Below, one piece after another: positions 13,520 through 26,235 of a stretch of 64,000 nt of DNA; position 1 is the stretch's first letter, and every line of letters starts with the position of its first letter. The position numbers and the translations under genes were made by a program. The notes beneath the pieces were generated by a model, which was given only the letters and a program-made list of their open reading frames with translations, was not told the origin of the DNA and made no database searches. Where the stretch lies: contig JAHRHZ010000089.1 of the NCBI GenBank assembly GCA_024137785.1, positions 2,725,986 through 2,789,985 on the forward strand. Reading direction: 5' to 3'. Origin of the DNA: Ginglymostoma cirratum (taxonomy: Eukaryota).

Positions 13520-14150
13520 GGGCTTCACTGGCTGGGCCAGGACTTATTGCCTATCCCTAATTAACTTGAAGAAGGTGATAGTGTGTCTTTTGAAATCTGC
13601 AGTCCACGTGCTGTAGGGTTGACCCACAATGCCCTTAGGGAGGGAATTCCAGGATGTTGACCTAGCGACACTGAAGGAATGGCGATATGTTTCCAAGTCA
13701 GGATGGTGAGTGGCAGAGAGGAGAACTTGCAGGGGGTGGTGTTCCCATGTATCTGCTGCCCTTATTCTTCTAGACAGAAGTGGTTGTGGGTTTGTCTGAG
13801 GATCTTTGGTGAATTTCTGCAGTACATCTTGTAGATGGCACACACTGCTGCAACTGAGCGTCGGTGGTAGAGGGAGTGGATACTTGTGGATGTGGTGCCA
13901 ATCAAGCGGGCTGCTTTGTCCTGGATGGTGTCGAGCTTCTTGAGTGTTGTCGGGGCTGCACCCATCCAGGCAATTGGGGAGTATTCTATCACACTCCTGA
14001 CTTGTGCCTTGTAGATGGTGGACAGGCTTTGGGGAGTCAGGAGGTGAATTAGTCGCTGCAGAATTCCTAGCCCTTGACCTGCTGTTATTGGCCACCAAAT
14101 TTATCACACTCCTGACTTGTGCCTTGTGGATGGTAAACAGGCTTTGGGGA
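13520..14150 (-). mobile_element. 3' fragment of the same LINE family as 53570-56345
   Basis: EYSPIAWMGAAPTTLKKLDTIQDKAARLIG is near identical to ORF 55837-56298. Confidence 0.9.
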
Positions 14151-14964
14151 AGCTAGGACTGGGGAGCTGGAACCTTTGGCATTATTAGAAGTCAATGCAT
14201 TTCGAAGTAACTTATTTTAACCACTGTACTACCTTCCCATTGGTCAGTGGAAGGTAGCTCCTCACACGAGTGTCAAATTGTAACAAAAAAAAGACTTGAA
14301 AGGGCTGGTGTCAAAGCACATTGGTGCTGCAGTGCATTTTTGTAGTGTGATGGCTCAGCTTACTGTCAACCGGTCACTGTACTGTGACTTCCCAATTTCA
14401 ATTGAACTGTTGCAGGAAGCTCAAGCTATGCCATTTTACACAGTGACTCCTTCATTAATAATTAGAAACAACTGGTATTGACTGAAACTTGGGGACAGGC
14501 TGCATGTTCACCTCTGTTCGGAAAATATTGCATTGTGCGGCAAGACACCTCTGACTGTTGTTCCAGGTCCTTATTCAAAATTGAGAGAAATTATTTTGCT
14601 GCTGTATGTTGAGTTTTATAAAATGCAGAAGCTGTTTCAGGGCTGTCAATGATTAAATTATAATGGGCAACATTGACTTGAAATTAAGCAATCCAAATCA
14701 GAAAGCACAGTTGATGGCCATTCGGTCCATTGAACTTGTGAGTGTCATCAAAAAAAAGTCTGAAAATTGTTGTTTGAAATTCAGCTATTTTAAGAGGAGT
14801 TAACCTGTTTGCTTTAAGCATACTTCAAACAGTGGAGAAAGCAATTCCATGCAAATGCATCATGAAAATATTGCACAGCTTAATTTCGAGGTTTCTAGGC
14901 TATACATAATTGCTTTGCCAAATGTTATTGTCATCAGCTGCTTTATCTGTGAATAACACCATAC

Positions 14965-15200
14965 TGAAATAACTCCACAGAAACCAGTATCCTGTTACCA
15001 AGTCACCCTTTATTTACACATGGAGAGTCCTTGACACTGATCCAGCTTCCTCAGAGCCGGGTCTCAAAGTGAACAGAACCTCTGACACTCCTGTTTATAT
15101 CTGTCAGCCAGGGCTCCCTGATTGGACCAGATTAACAGCTCCAATCAGGGAACTCATATTCTATGAGGTCTACCTGGCTGACCCCGTTACAATCACTACA
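14965..15200 (-). repeat. 3' LTR of the Gypsy element
   Basis: Ungapped direct repeat of 19140-19375, about 32 mismatches in 236 nt by manual count. Confidence 0.92.
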
Positions 15201-18200
15201 TCTCTCTCCCTCTGAGACTGAGGACATAGGCCAGTTATTTTTCTTGTAGCTCCTCCTACAGCGTTTAAGCACCGGGTCAGGTTCCTCTGACTCTGCCTGT
15301 GGTAGACATGGCATGTAACGTGCAGTAGCTCGCCTCTTGCGCCTGGAGCATCTTGGAAGAAATTCACTGTTCTTCAGAGAGCAAAGGCATCGAGGCGGAG
15401 ACATCCACTGTGTCCATCTCAGATTCTGAGGTATCTTCGATGCTTGACAGAGATGGAGAACCCAGAGATTCCAGAAGAGTTGGGAAGCGGGCACCTTTTG
15501 CTCCTGCACTGTTTGCAAGTTCATGGCTTTCATATGGTTCCATTTGCTTGTTCAGGACTGTCGCACCTACTCAAACTTTATACATCACTGGACCAAACCT
15601 TGCGTTGACCATGCCTCTTACGCATGCAGGGCCATTCCTGTGGTTCCTACACCAAATTTCATTCCCTGAAGTAAACTGTCTCTCTCACTCAGCAGAATCT
15701 TGTGTCCGGCATTAGCATTCCTGATGCCATTTCACCCTCTCCCTTCCCCAGGTCCAGGAAGATCAATTTAACCTGTTGCGGAGTCTTCTCCCCAGTAGCA
15801 ACTCTGCTGGAGCTGTCCCTGTAGTTACATGAGGAGTGGTCCTATAATCGAATAGGAACCGGGACAGTTTGGTATCAAGTGATGCTGTAGGTTATTTCTT
15901 TAAGCCTGCCCTTAAAGTTTGGACTGCTCTTTCTGCCAGACCATTGGATGATGGATGGTATGGAGCTGTCCTTTTATAACGAATGCCATTTGACTTTAGG
16001 AAATACTCAAATTCCCTGCTGGTAAATGATAGCCTGTTATCTGTGACCAACACTTCGGGAGTCCGTGTATTGCAAAAAATGGACACAGTTTTTATATTGT
16101 CATCCCCGTGTTTGACGAATGAAACCTATGCATGTCCAGCCACTTTGACGGGGCATCCACAACGACTGAGAACATTGAGCCCATGAATGGACTGGCATAG
16201 CCAACGTGTAACTGTGTCCAGGGTTTACCCGGCCATTCCCATGAATGTGGGGGAGGTGCTGGCAGTAATTTTAGTCCTTGTTGGCACTCCGCGCACCACC
16301 CCCACCAACACAACTATGTCTGCATCCAGTCCTGGCCGCTAGAAATAATATCTTGCCACCATCTTCATTTTGGAAACCCCTGGATGACCCTGGTGGAGTT
16401 CAGCCAGTATTTGGTGGTGACCTTTGCTCGGGACAATCTCTCTTGCTCCCCATAATGATATGCCATCCTCTACTATGATTTGGTCTCTCTGGGTCCAAAA
16501 AGGTTTCAATTCTGGTTGTGACGGCCCTTTTGTTTCCCCCATCACCACCAACTGTTTCGGTTTTGCCAGGACTGGATCTTTCTACGTTCAAAGTCTGATA
16601 TTGTTAGCTGTGACTGGAAGTGTGCCCAGAAAATTTAAAACCGTTATTGACTCTTCCATCGGTGGTACCACCGGTGGTGTATGTGCCAGCAGGAGGCAGG
16701 TCAGTGCATCTGCAATCACTACTTGGCCTCCCAGTCGGTGTTCCAACTTGTAATTCTACGCCCCTAGTATTAGAGCCCAGTGCTGAATTCGGCAGTACTG
16801 CCTTGTCCTGTTTAAGTTGACCCAGCAGAGGTTTGTGGTCCAATAATTCACAAATTTACATCCGTAATGGTATTGATGGAACTTCCTGACTCCAAATATG
16901 ACTGCCAAACCTTACTTCTCTGTCTGGGCGTATTTATGCTCTGCATTAGCCAATATCCCGGATGCACATGCTATTGGGCGTTCCTCTCCATTGCGCCACC
17001 TATGAGCTAATACTATCCTGATGCAGTACAGGGAGGCATCGCATGTCAATATTAGATCTCACTTGGGATCATAGTGTGTTAACACTTTAGAGAATGATAG
17101 CTGTTCCTTCACTTCCCTGAAAGCTATGGCTCGTCTACATGACTATTTCCAAGGCTGACCTTATTTTTAAGAGTTGATGCAAAGGTGCCAGGATGGATCC
17201 CAGATTACATATGAACTTTCCGTAATAATTCACCAATCCAAGGAAAGACCTAAACTCTGGTACAGACATGGAAGGTGGAGCATGTTTGGTTACTGTCACT
17301 TTTATCTTCCAATGGATATAACCTGGTCTTGTTGACTCTGTAGCCCAGGTAGGTCACTTGGGACACCTGGACCACACATTTCTTCCCTTCTAAGGCATAT
17401 GTCCACCTGGGAGAAACGTCTAAGAACTGTGTCCAAGTTCTTTAAGTGCCCCTTATTGGTCTTCCCTGTTATTAGGACATCATTCAGATAAATGGCAACC
17501 TGGGGTACACCTTGCAAAATGTTCTCCATCGTCCGCTGAAAAATGGCACAGGCTGATGATACCCCAAATGGCAGTTTCATATATTGGTACAAACTCTTAT
17601 GATTATTAATTGTAGCATACTTCTGGGAATTTTCATCTAACTGCAGTTGCAGGTACGCATGGCTCATGTCCAGCTTTGTAAAGGGCAGCTCCCCTGCCAG
17701 CTTTGCATATAAATCCTCTATGTGAGGGATTGGGTGTTTATCCAGCTGTGAAAAGCTGTCTACTGTTCATTTAAAATCCCCACAAAGTTGACCCAACCCA
17801 TCGGCTCATAATCATTATGACCGGTGCTTTGAATTCTGCAAACTCAACTGGTTTGATGTTGCCTTTGCGTTCTAGCTTTCTGATTTCTGGCTCTACTTTT
17901 GCACATAAGGCAAATGGCACTGGGTGGGCCTTGCAGAATCGTGGAATTGCTTCCTGGTCAATATGCAAGGTGGCCTTGGCCCGTGTGATAGTCCCTAGAC
18001 CTTTCTGAAAAATGTCCAGGTATTTAATTAGGACCTCTCTCAGGCAAACATTTTCTAATTGAAAAATGTCGAGCCAATCTAGGTAAATCTTTTTCAAGAA
18101 ATTTAACTGTTCCAAACCAGATGTAGGTTGACTTTCCAGGGTGTGCACTCTCCTGGATTCCGGTCTATGAGTTCTCTTCCTCAGTTTAGACCTAGTGAGA

Positions 18201-19139
18201 CTCTTATACTACCTTGAGTCCACATACTGGCAGCAACTAGAATGGCTTGCTGGCTCTGATCCTGAAGCAAAAGTTAACCACTTGGCCGGGGCTTGGCTTT
18301 GTTTTGGGGTTTTGCTGTGGGCTGACCTAGAGTCCTTCCGATCAGGATATGTCCTGACTGAGGCTCTAATTGCTTTCACTCAATGGTATTCCCCAAACTC
18401 AGTTGGAATGACGAGGGTGTTCACTTCGATCGGAATACCCTGTAGCTCACATGCTCCACTTGCCATGTTTTCCAATGATAAAACCAGTTGTAGTGCCTGT
18501 TTGAAGTCCACTTGGACTTCAGCTAGTAGGTCCTTTTGCATGGTTACATCATTAATCCCACATAACAGACGGTCTCTCAGCATATCAATAAGGGTTAATC
18601 TAAAGGTATATGCCTCTGCCTGTTATCTTAACATAGTGAAAAGTCTTGATATGGATTCCCTGGTTCTCGAATTGCCAAATAAAATTGATAGCATCTCAGA
18701 GTTAGAGGAGGCTTGGGGTCATAATATTCCTTATCTAAATCCATCAGTTCTTGAAATATTTTAGTATGTGGTGCCTCAGGATTAGGTTCCTAATAACCTA
18801 AACAGCTGCAGATCCACAGATCCATTTTCTGAAGAAGGGTCTAGGCCTGAAACATCAGCTTTTCTGCTCCTCTGATGCTGCTTGGCCTGCTGTGTTCATC
18901 CAACTCTACACCTTGTTATCTCAGATCCACAAGCTGTCAGGTGAATTTCTCATTGCTTTTCATCTTCCCCAATGTCATTTGCCTTGAAAAGTAATGCATT
19001 CTTTCCACAGTTTTCGACGGTAGGATCGAATGGGTCAAGCATCCCAAATATCAGCATGCTGCCAGAAATGCTTACCCTGACTCAAAGACAACAGTTGCGA
19101 GTGAATCTCTTTAGGAGTGTGCTTTACTCTCATTGCCAC

Positions 19140-19375
19140 TGAAATAACTTCACAGAGACCAGAATCCCATCATCAAGTCACCTTTCATTTACCTGTATAG
19201 AGTCCTTGACCCCGATCCAGCTCCCTCAGAGCCGGCTCTCAGAGTGAACAGAACCTCTGACCCTCCTGTTTATATCTGTCAGCCAGGGCTCCCTGATTGG
19301 ACCAGATTAACAGCCCCAGTCAGCGAACTCATCTTCTGTGAGGTCCACCTAGCTGACCTCATTACAGTGACTGCA
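19140..19375 (-). repeat. 5' LTR of the Gypsy element
   Basis: Partner of 14965-15200; adjacent to the PBS-like sequence. Confidence 0.92.
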
Positions 19376-19837
19376 CATACAAGTTGATACTTTAGTACAA
19401 CCTTGGATTAATTAGATCTTTTATGAAACATTTGTTGAGTGCTATCCCAGAGCTTCTTCATACTCTTCTATGAATGTTGCCCTCAGAGCCATTAAGGGAT
19501 TTCATCTGCCCATGACTGAACAAGCCAGAAGAACGGAAGTGGGCTATTCAACCCATTGAGTCTGATCCACCATTCAATCTGATCTTGGCTGATCATCCAA
19601 CTCCACCTGTTCACACATTCTCCCCATACCCTTTGATCCCTTTACACCTTAGAACTTTATCTAACTCCTTGAAAACATTCAGGTTTTGTCCTCAACATCC
19701 TTCCTGCATTTACCTTGTCCAGTCCTGTCAGAACTTTATAGGTTTCTATGAGATCTTAATAAATATGTACAATATTTTTGAGATAAAACTAATTGTTGCG
19801 TCAATATTAAAATGTGTAATTGTTCTTTTTGTTGCAG

Positions 19838-20188
19838 TCTCAACTGAGCATCTTGGGGTCCCCAAACCTAACGCGGTTCGACAGCAAAAGCAGCATTTTC
19901 AGTATTAGAGATCGGAAAGAACCGGGTTCAGAAACAGAATTTGCTGACGATGAGCACAGCACGGTGGAAGAGACAGATGGCAACCGGAAAAATTCTTTGT
20001 TTGTTCCGAACAGGGAACCCAACAGGAGGAATAGCTACAGTGGCTACAGTCAACCCAGCAAGTCATCAAAAATGTTTCCTGTCCTTCCAGTCAATGTGAA
20101 AAGGAACAGCACAGTGGACTGCAATGGTGTGGTCTCACTAATCGGTGGCCCAGGAGCTACCCTCCCTGGTGGACGCCTACTGCCTGAG
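19838..20188 (+). CDS. SCN8A: Nav1.6 coding exon C (loop 1), short form; alternative donor extends it to 20221
   Basis: gttgcAG acceptor; SQLSILGSP...SKSSIFS...[12 protein letters not shown]...[19 protein letters not shown]...GGRLLPE; donor GTgata at 20189 and second donor GTaagg at 20222 (adds [11 protein letters not shown]). Confidence 0.95.
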
Positions 20189-23100
20189 GTGATAATAGAT
20201 AAGGCAGCTACTGATGACAGTGTAAGGAAGTCAATAAGTAGATCAGTTTAGGCATGGCGGTCTAACCTCTCTGCATTTATGTATGCCGCCCTTCCCAACA
20301 GAAGATGCCATTTAGGAATGGAAGTTGGTTTGTGCAATAGAACCTACATGCGCTTCTCCCAAGTCCAAATTATTACCTATTAGTAAGCGTGTTCAATTGG
20401 GAACCTGTTTCAAAAACAAAACCCCTTCTGAAAATGACTTAGGATGAATGATCTCTAGACACCCGAACCCTTTTCCACCCAAAGGAAGTGCCTTCACTGA
20501 TCTCTAATCCACTGCTCAATTTTATATTTGTAGACACTAACCAACATGACAGGCCCATCTGAATTTAGAAATGACTTGGACTGTCTGTGTGGACCAACTC
20601 TCACACCCTCTCCTTAGTGGATTCTGTAGATTGTCTAAACGAGACATGGGCCAAGTTGTTTTTGTGGTGTATCCTTCAGAGGAACACGTTGGAAATGAAG
20701 GCAAAACCAAAGCCTGCTTGCATGAAATGAGATTTTCATGACATCTAACACATTAATGTACAGTGCATTCGTTAAAGGATTCACCAAAGGAAAAATTTGA
20801 TGATTTTGTACTCCCAGTGAAGAGCCATTCTCGAATGAAACACGGTTAAGGAAATCAATATGCCATTGTTGTAGCCCTGACTCTGTACTCTCGCTGAGTG
20901 TGGCTCCCCACTCGGAATACAAGTTTATTAAATATATTAATATTGCACACTGCAATTTCACTTCAACTGAGGTTAGTAATTGTTACCCATTTTTTCTTGT
21001 GATAATCCAAGTCTTAAAGCATCATATTTCAAAATGCTTGGGTGGAAAAAGGACATCTGTTTGGATTTAATACTGATTACATTCTAAGGCATTTTCTGAG
21101 ATCCTGCAACCAGCATTTAACTCCCCACTTCTCTGTCTCTTCCTATCCTCCCCTTATCCAATGAGCACATGTACCTTCAGGTCTATATCTGTAGAACTAG
21201 CATGCCAACACAGCCTTATTGAAGCTTAATGTCAAACGCATGGAGCATGAAAAATTGCTTGTACCCAGATAAAGCTAGCAGTTTTGCGTTATAATAGAAT
21301 GTCCTAAACAGACAGTATCCTTTTCATTTGTGCTGTTTAGGGACAGACCTGATCTGCTTCAAAATGCCAATTTTTAACATTGTGGTCTTTACTAATTTCA
21401 TTGCATGTTCCAGAATAATGCCTCATTTACATAGGAGAGCTGTGCGCAGGAGGTTTTTCTTAAAATGCATTTTTGTGATTTAGTGTTTCTGGCACAGACC
21501 TTGCTAAATGTCGCAGGAGTGGGAAGTTGGGAACGGTGGATGGACAAGGCTCATCCTGACTGAGGCTATGAAACTGTTGGCACTGATAGCAAGCAACACT
21601 GCAGCGCAGTAGAATTTTGCCATGAGATTCTTTGGGAGGTGATATTGCCCACCATTTATGTGACATCTCATTTACTTCACAGTACCTTTTTGGTCTATAA
21701 ATGGAGTGCAATGTCAATTTTTATTATGTTTTTCTAACAAGTGATTGTGCTAACACTGATCATTTAATCTGTCCCCAGTTAAGTACTTTGTAAAATTGTT
21801 TAACAATATGTTCCTACTTTTTGTTCATGGGAGATGGGTGTCACTGGCTAGGGCAGCACTTGTTGCCCATCCCTGATTACCCAGAGGGCATTTTAAGAGT
21901 CAACAACATTGCTGTGTGTCTGGACTTGCATGTAAACCGGACCAGGTAAGCTTGGCATTTTCCTTCCCTAAAGGGCATTGGTGAACCAGATGGGTTTTTA
22001 CAACAATTGACAGTTTATACATCATCATCATTCCAAATACTTTTTTTAAATTGGAATCCGATTTCACCACCTGCCATAGTGGGATTTGAACCCATGCCCC
22101 TGGAACGTTAGTTTGGAGTTTCTGAGTTATTCATCTGGTGATATTATCGCTACACAATCTCCCCAGCTAGTAGGCAGCCTTTAACTCGACCAATGTAACT
22201 GGTAACTTTGAACCTCTTTGAAATTAATCACACTCCATGAAATCGAATCTGAGCCTTTTTTTAAGCAGCATTGAGAAGCTGCTGCAGTAGTACATCTGTC
22301 GGAAAGTTGTTTGCTATCAAGTGCACATCTTATAAAAACAAATTGTTTCACAGAGTTACATGTTTCAAAAGCGGGACACAACAGCATCGGCAAAACTTTG
22401 TGTTATTGGGTGGAAGTTAGGGGATGAGTTCTAGATTTCATGAAACTCTGGCATTGCTTTTACGTTTTCCATCAATAAATTGGGAAAGGTTTATCAAAAT
22501 GATGTCCAGTGAAAATGTTTCCTGCTAACATTCTTGTTTCTCTGTGCTTTCTCATTTTTATATATTTTTGTTTGATCAGCAAACCCTGATGACATTGTGT
22601 CGATATGCAGTACAGTTCAGTCCAAAAACAGCAAAAATGTTTGCTGTATGTGACAGGACAGAACTGGTGCAGGGAGATCACTGAACCAAGTGTTTGAGCA
22701 GGAGGTGAATTAACAGAATCGTTGACCTGGACTTCTGGAGCAGATTGGGTGATTTATTAATGAAAGCGGCTCTGTCTCTCACATTTGGGCTCAGGCATTA
22801 TTTTCAGACAGCCATTCCCTAATAATGTCATCAGTGATCACGGTATGAACAGAAATATATTTTATCAACAAAAAAAGAGAAAAAGGCAGAGAAAATACAA
22901 AAGAGTGTGAAACATGGTAAAGTTTTGCCATGAAACAAGTAAATTCTATATTTTAGTCGGATACATGAGGAGGATTTAACTTTTGAACTGATTAAAATGA
23001 TAAAGGATACTGTCTCTTTAATTATGTCTAGGAAATGCATGAGACTAAACTGTTTTGATGGATTTTGGTTTTTCACTACATGTGGACCAGATCACACTCA

Positions 23101-25789
23101 AACAAGGATTGTAAAGCCCCGTTACAAGAGGACTGTTGTAAATAAGTCATTTATTCATTTTGCTTCAAAGATTCTATGCTGATTCCGAACAGCCTCGATT
23201 GGTAGATTTGAGAGACTTTGAAATTAGTGCTGTTGGATAACATAGTACAATGCTGAATACACTTACCTTAAACTCCTATCTCTCTTGAATTAGCAACGAT
23301 GTTAATTATCTATTTGAAATGTTTATGAGATAGGAATTTAATAAGAATGTATTATCCATTTGTACTCAGAGCACAATTTCAAGACCAGAGCTCAAAGACG
23401 CCACGGTTAATCATTGTGCAGTTTTGCTAAATTATTCTCTTTTGAATTCTAGCCGACTTGAAGTACATGTTTGTGCTCCAGGTTTTGGTCTTCAGAATGA
23501 TGCAGGATCTTGGAGATCCAAGTTACATTGCCAGTTCTGTACATGGGAAGTTATGCATTGTGTGCACCCACTGGCACCCAAGTGCTTGTTCCATTTTAGT
23601 GTAAACAGCAAAATCAAAATTCACAAGTTCAAAAGAAAAGAATCCAATTGACTATCTGGAACCTTTTCAAGTATTTGTGCACACCACTTGTAGTTTACTG
23701 CAGTCAAGGTACAACTCTGAGATGTGTTCACCTTCCTCTTCAAGAGGATAACTTCCCCACTGAATTTAGAACAGTGTTTCAATTGCTGCAAAGCAGAAAC
23801 TGATTCCCGTCATCATAGAACATGTTGTGTCACATAATTGGACTGTAACCGACTGAAAACCGCACTGGTGCAGGTGTAACTTAGTCCCAGAGACAGGAAG
23901 ATGCTTTTACATTTTTTGCTTCTGCAGTTTGGTCATGGGAGACCAGAATCAGTGTGTCAGCTCCCCATGTTTACATTTCTTATGCCAGCTCCCTTATCAC
24001 TTAAACAACAAAAACATGGATCTGAACTGAAAAACATGACCTGCATTGAATGATCTAAACTCAGGGAGCTGGTGCAAAGATGTTGCTCTCCAGTGGCTTG
24101 AAGTGCAGATGCAGCACACGTAAAAATGCCTGCCAATGTGATTCCAACTATCACTTATTGCAAACTATCAAGGATTGCTTTGTTGCCCAGATTACATTGT
24201 GTAGGTGAATCTTTTTCAGAACTGAATGTACATTTTTCACCAAATTAGAACATACTGTCTGTTCGGCAAAATATAATTTAAGCAATCATAAAATATTCCT
24301 TTGGAGACAGGGTTGTGCAACCAAAAATCTTTTTGCATCTGAGACCTGGATTGGAATCCAGGAACAAGACCTTTCTCTTTTAGTTTCCCTTCCACCCTTT
24401 CTTTCTCCTTCCTTTGCCCCCCTTCTCCTGCAGTCCATATGTCCAGTAAGCGTGGGCAGTACAGATTCTGTTCCTGTTGGGCACAAGTCTGCTGCCCCCA
24501 ATTCATGTTAAACAGGTATGTTCACTCCAAAGCCACCTGATGGCTGAGATGGTGAATGGTAGCAAGACTTTAATGCGGTTCGAGGGCGCTCGTCCGAGGT
24601 TGTGGGGGAACATATTGTTGGCACAGCACAGAGGGAGCTTTACTTTCCATGTAACCTTGCTATTAGCTGACGTGTGAGTGCTTGATACTGATACAGAGTA
24701 CCAAAAGTGTTTCATTCTGCAGAATCCACATCACTCCACTTCAAACGGAGGCTGGGCCAGGAAATTCCTTGGAGCTGTCACAGCTCTGCCATGAGTGTGA
24801 CAGAAGCCCCGTTTGCGCAGTTAAACAGGATTTCTGACTCAACTTGAGGCAAAGGGATACCAGCTGAGTGGGAGCAGCTCCAAGGAATTCCCTGGCCAAA
24901 AAATCCAACCTGTGACATATAGTTCTTGAATGATTCTTTTGACGGAAATTCTACATGAAATTCAGTTCTTTTGAGGACGAATACGAAATGACAATTAAAC
25001 TGAAAATGATTTAGGCAACCAGGAGAGGACGGGGTATTTGGTTGAGAGATGAAGTATATCCCTGCCTGGTTTTGATTCCCACAAACATGGCCTAATTGGT
25101 GCAAAGTTTTTGCCGAGTTGCAAGTTACTGCCCTATGTCTGTCCCTTTATTATGCTCACTGCATTCTTCTATTCTCATACTAATATAAATTATATATGCA
25201 TGTACATAATGTAATGAACATTTTTGGGTTTAACTTGTATCAGTGAAGGTATTTAGATATTTTTAATTAGAAAGGTAATCTAATTCATGGTATTTTGTAA
25301 ATCCTTCTTTGCATGAATCTGTTCGGTTGAATGCACAGTGTAAAATTCTTGGCTGTCTCTGTCGTTTTTGAATCTCTCATTTCAATCATTTTCTGTCTTC
25401 TTTGCAATCTTCTAGTCCCAAAAATCATTTTCTCAGCTAGGAAAGAGGACTGCCCCCAGCCCTCACCTGTGCTAATATCTTTCTAACAGATTCTGAGAAA
25501 GCACTCATGACAGCAATTTGGGGACTGTCCATCTGAGTTCCTCTCTCCCCCGAGGAAGCCCTTCCCATACACTTGATACACTTGGCCCAGCCCTCGATCA
25601 GGAGTTCACTGTGGGTGGAGTATTATGTAAACAAACCTTTGCATTCAATGACACAGCACATTGGTATATCCCACAAAGTTCATCAAATGTATCCATTTAA
25701 TTTTATAATTCCAAAACACCAGGTGAGAGGCATTGCCATACCTCATGGGGCTTGGAGGGAAGGAGAATAAGCCAGCACCTTTTGATTCC

Positions 25790-26235
25790 CAGTATTTCAG
25801 TTCAGTTCGCTTGGTGGCCCCCTAAGTCAGAAAGTTGTTCAAACCCCACTCCAAAGACTAGAGAATGCAATCCAGGCTGCAGCATTAGTGCAGCACCAAG
25901 GGAGTGCTACATTATCGCAGAGTTTGTCCTTTAGTCGAAATGTGAACTTGAAGCTCCATTCACCTGCTCAGGTGGGTAAATCCCCCAGCACAGTCTGAAG
26001 CAAGTCAGGGAGTTGTCCAAGTGTCTTTGCCGCCACTTTTCCATTGACAAATGTAACGAGAAACAGATTAATTGATCACTCATGTCATTGCTATTTGTGG
26101 GATCTTTCTGTGTGCAAAATGGCTGTCACATTTGTCTGCATCACAGTCGCTGCTCTTCAAAGGAATCAGTTGTATGTGAAATGCTATGAAATGTTTCTGA
26201 CAGACTTGATATGCTACCAAAATGCATGCCTTCTT
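25790..26235 (+). mobile_element. Deu-domain-like SINE (uninterrupted copy)
   Basis: tRNA-like head then gtgcagcaccaagggagtgct...ctcaggtgg...ttgctatttgtgggatc; related copies at about 1420-1910, 30040-30410 and 36270-37360. Family name from memory. Confidence 0.6.

Larger units (their letters stand above)
14965..19375 (-). mobile_element. Decayed Ty3/Gypsy LTR retrotransposon with both LTRs (K02A2.6/Mag-like)
   Basis: Two 236-bp TG..CA LTRs; CATAC TSD at 14960-14964 and 19376-19380; PBS-like TGGCAATGAG next to the 5' LTR; PPT GAGGGAGAGAGA at 15201-15212 (-); broken gag (LRDRLLCGIND), RT (LPFGVSSACAIFQ, YLND) and integrase ([17 protein letters not shown]). Confidence 0.93.
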
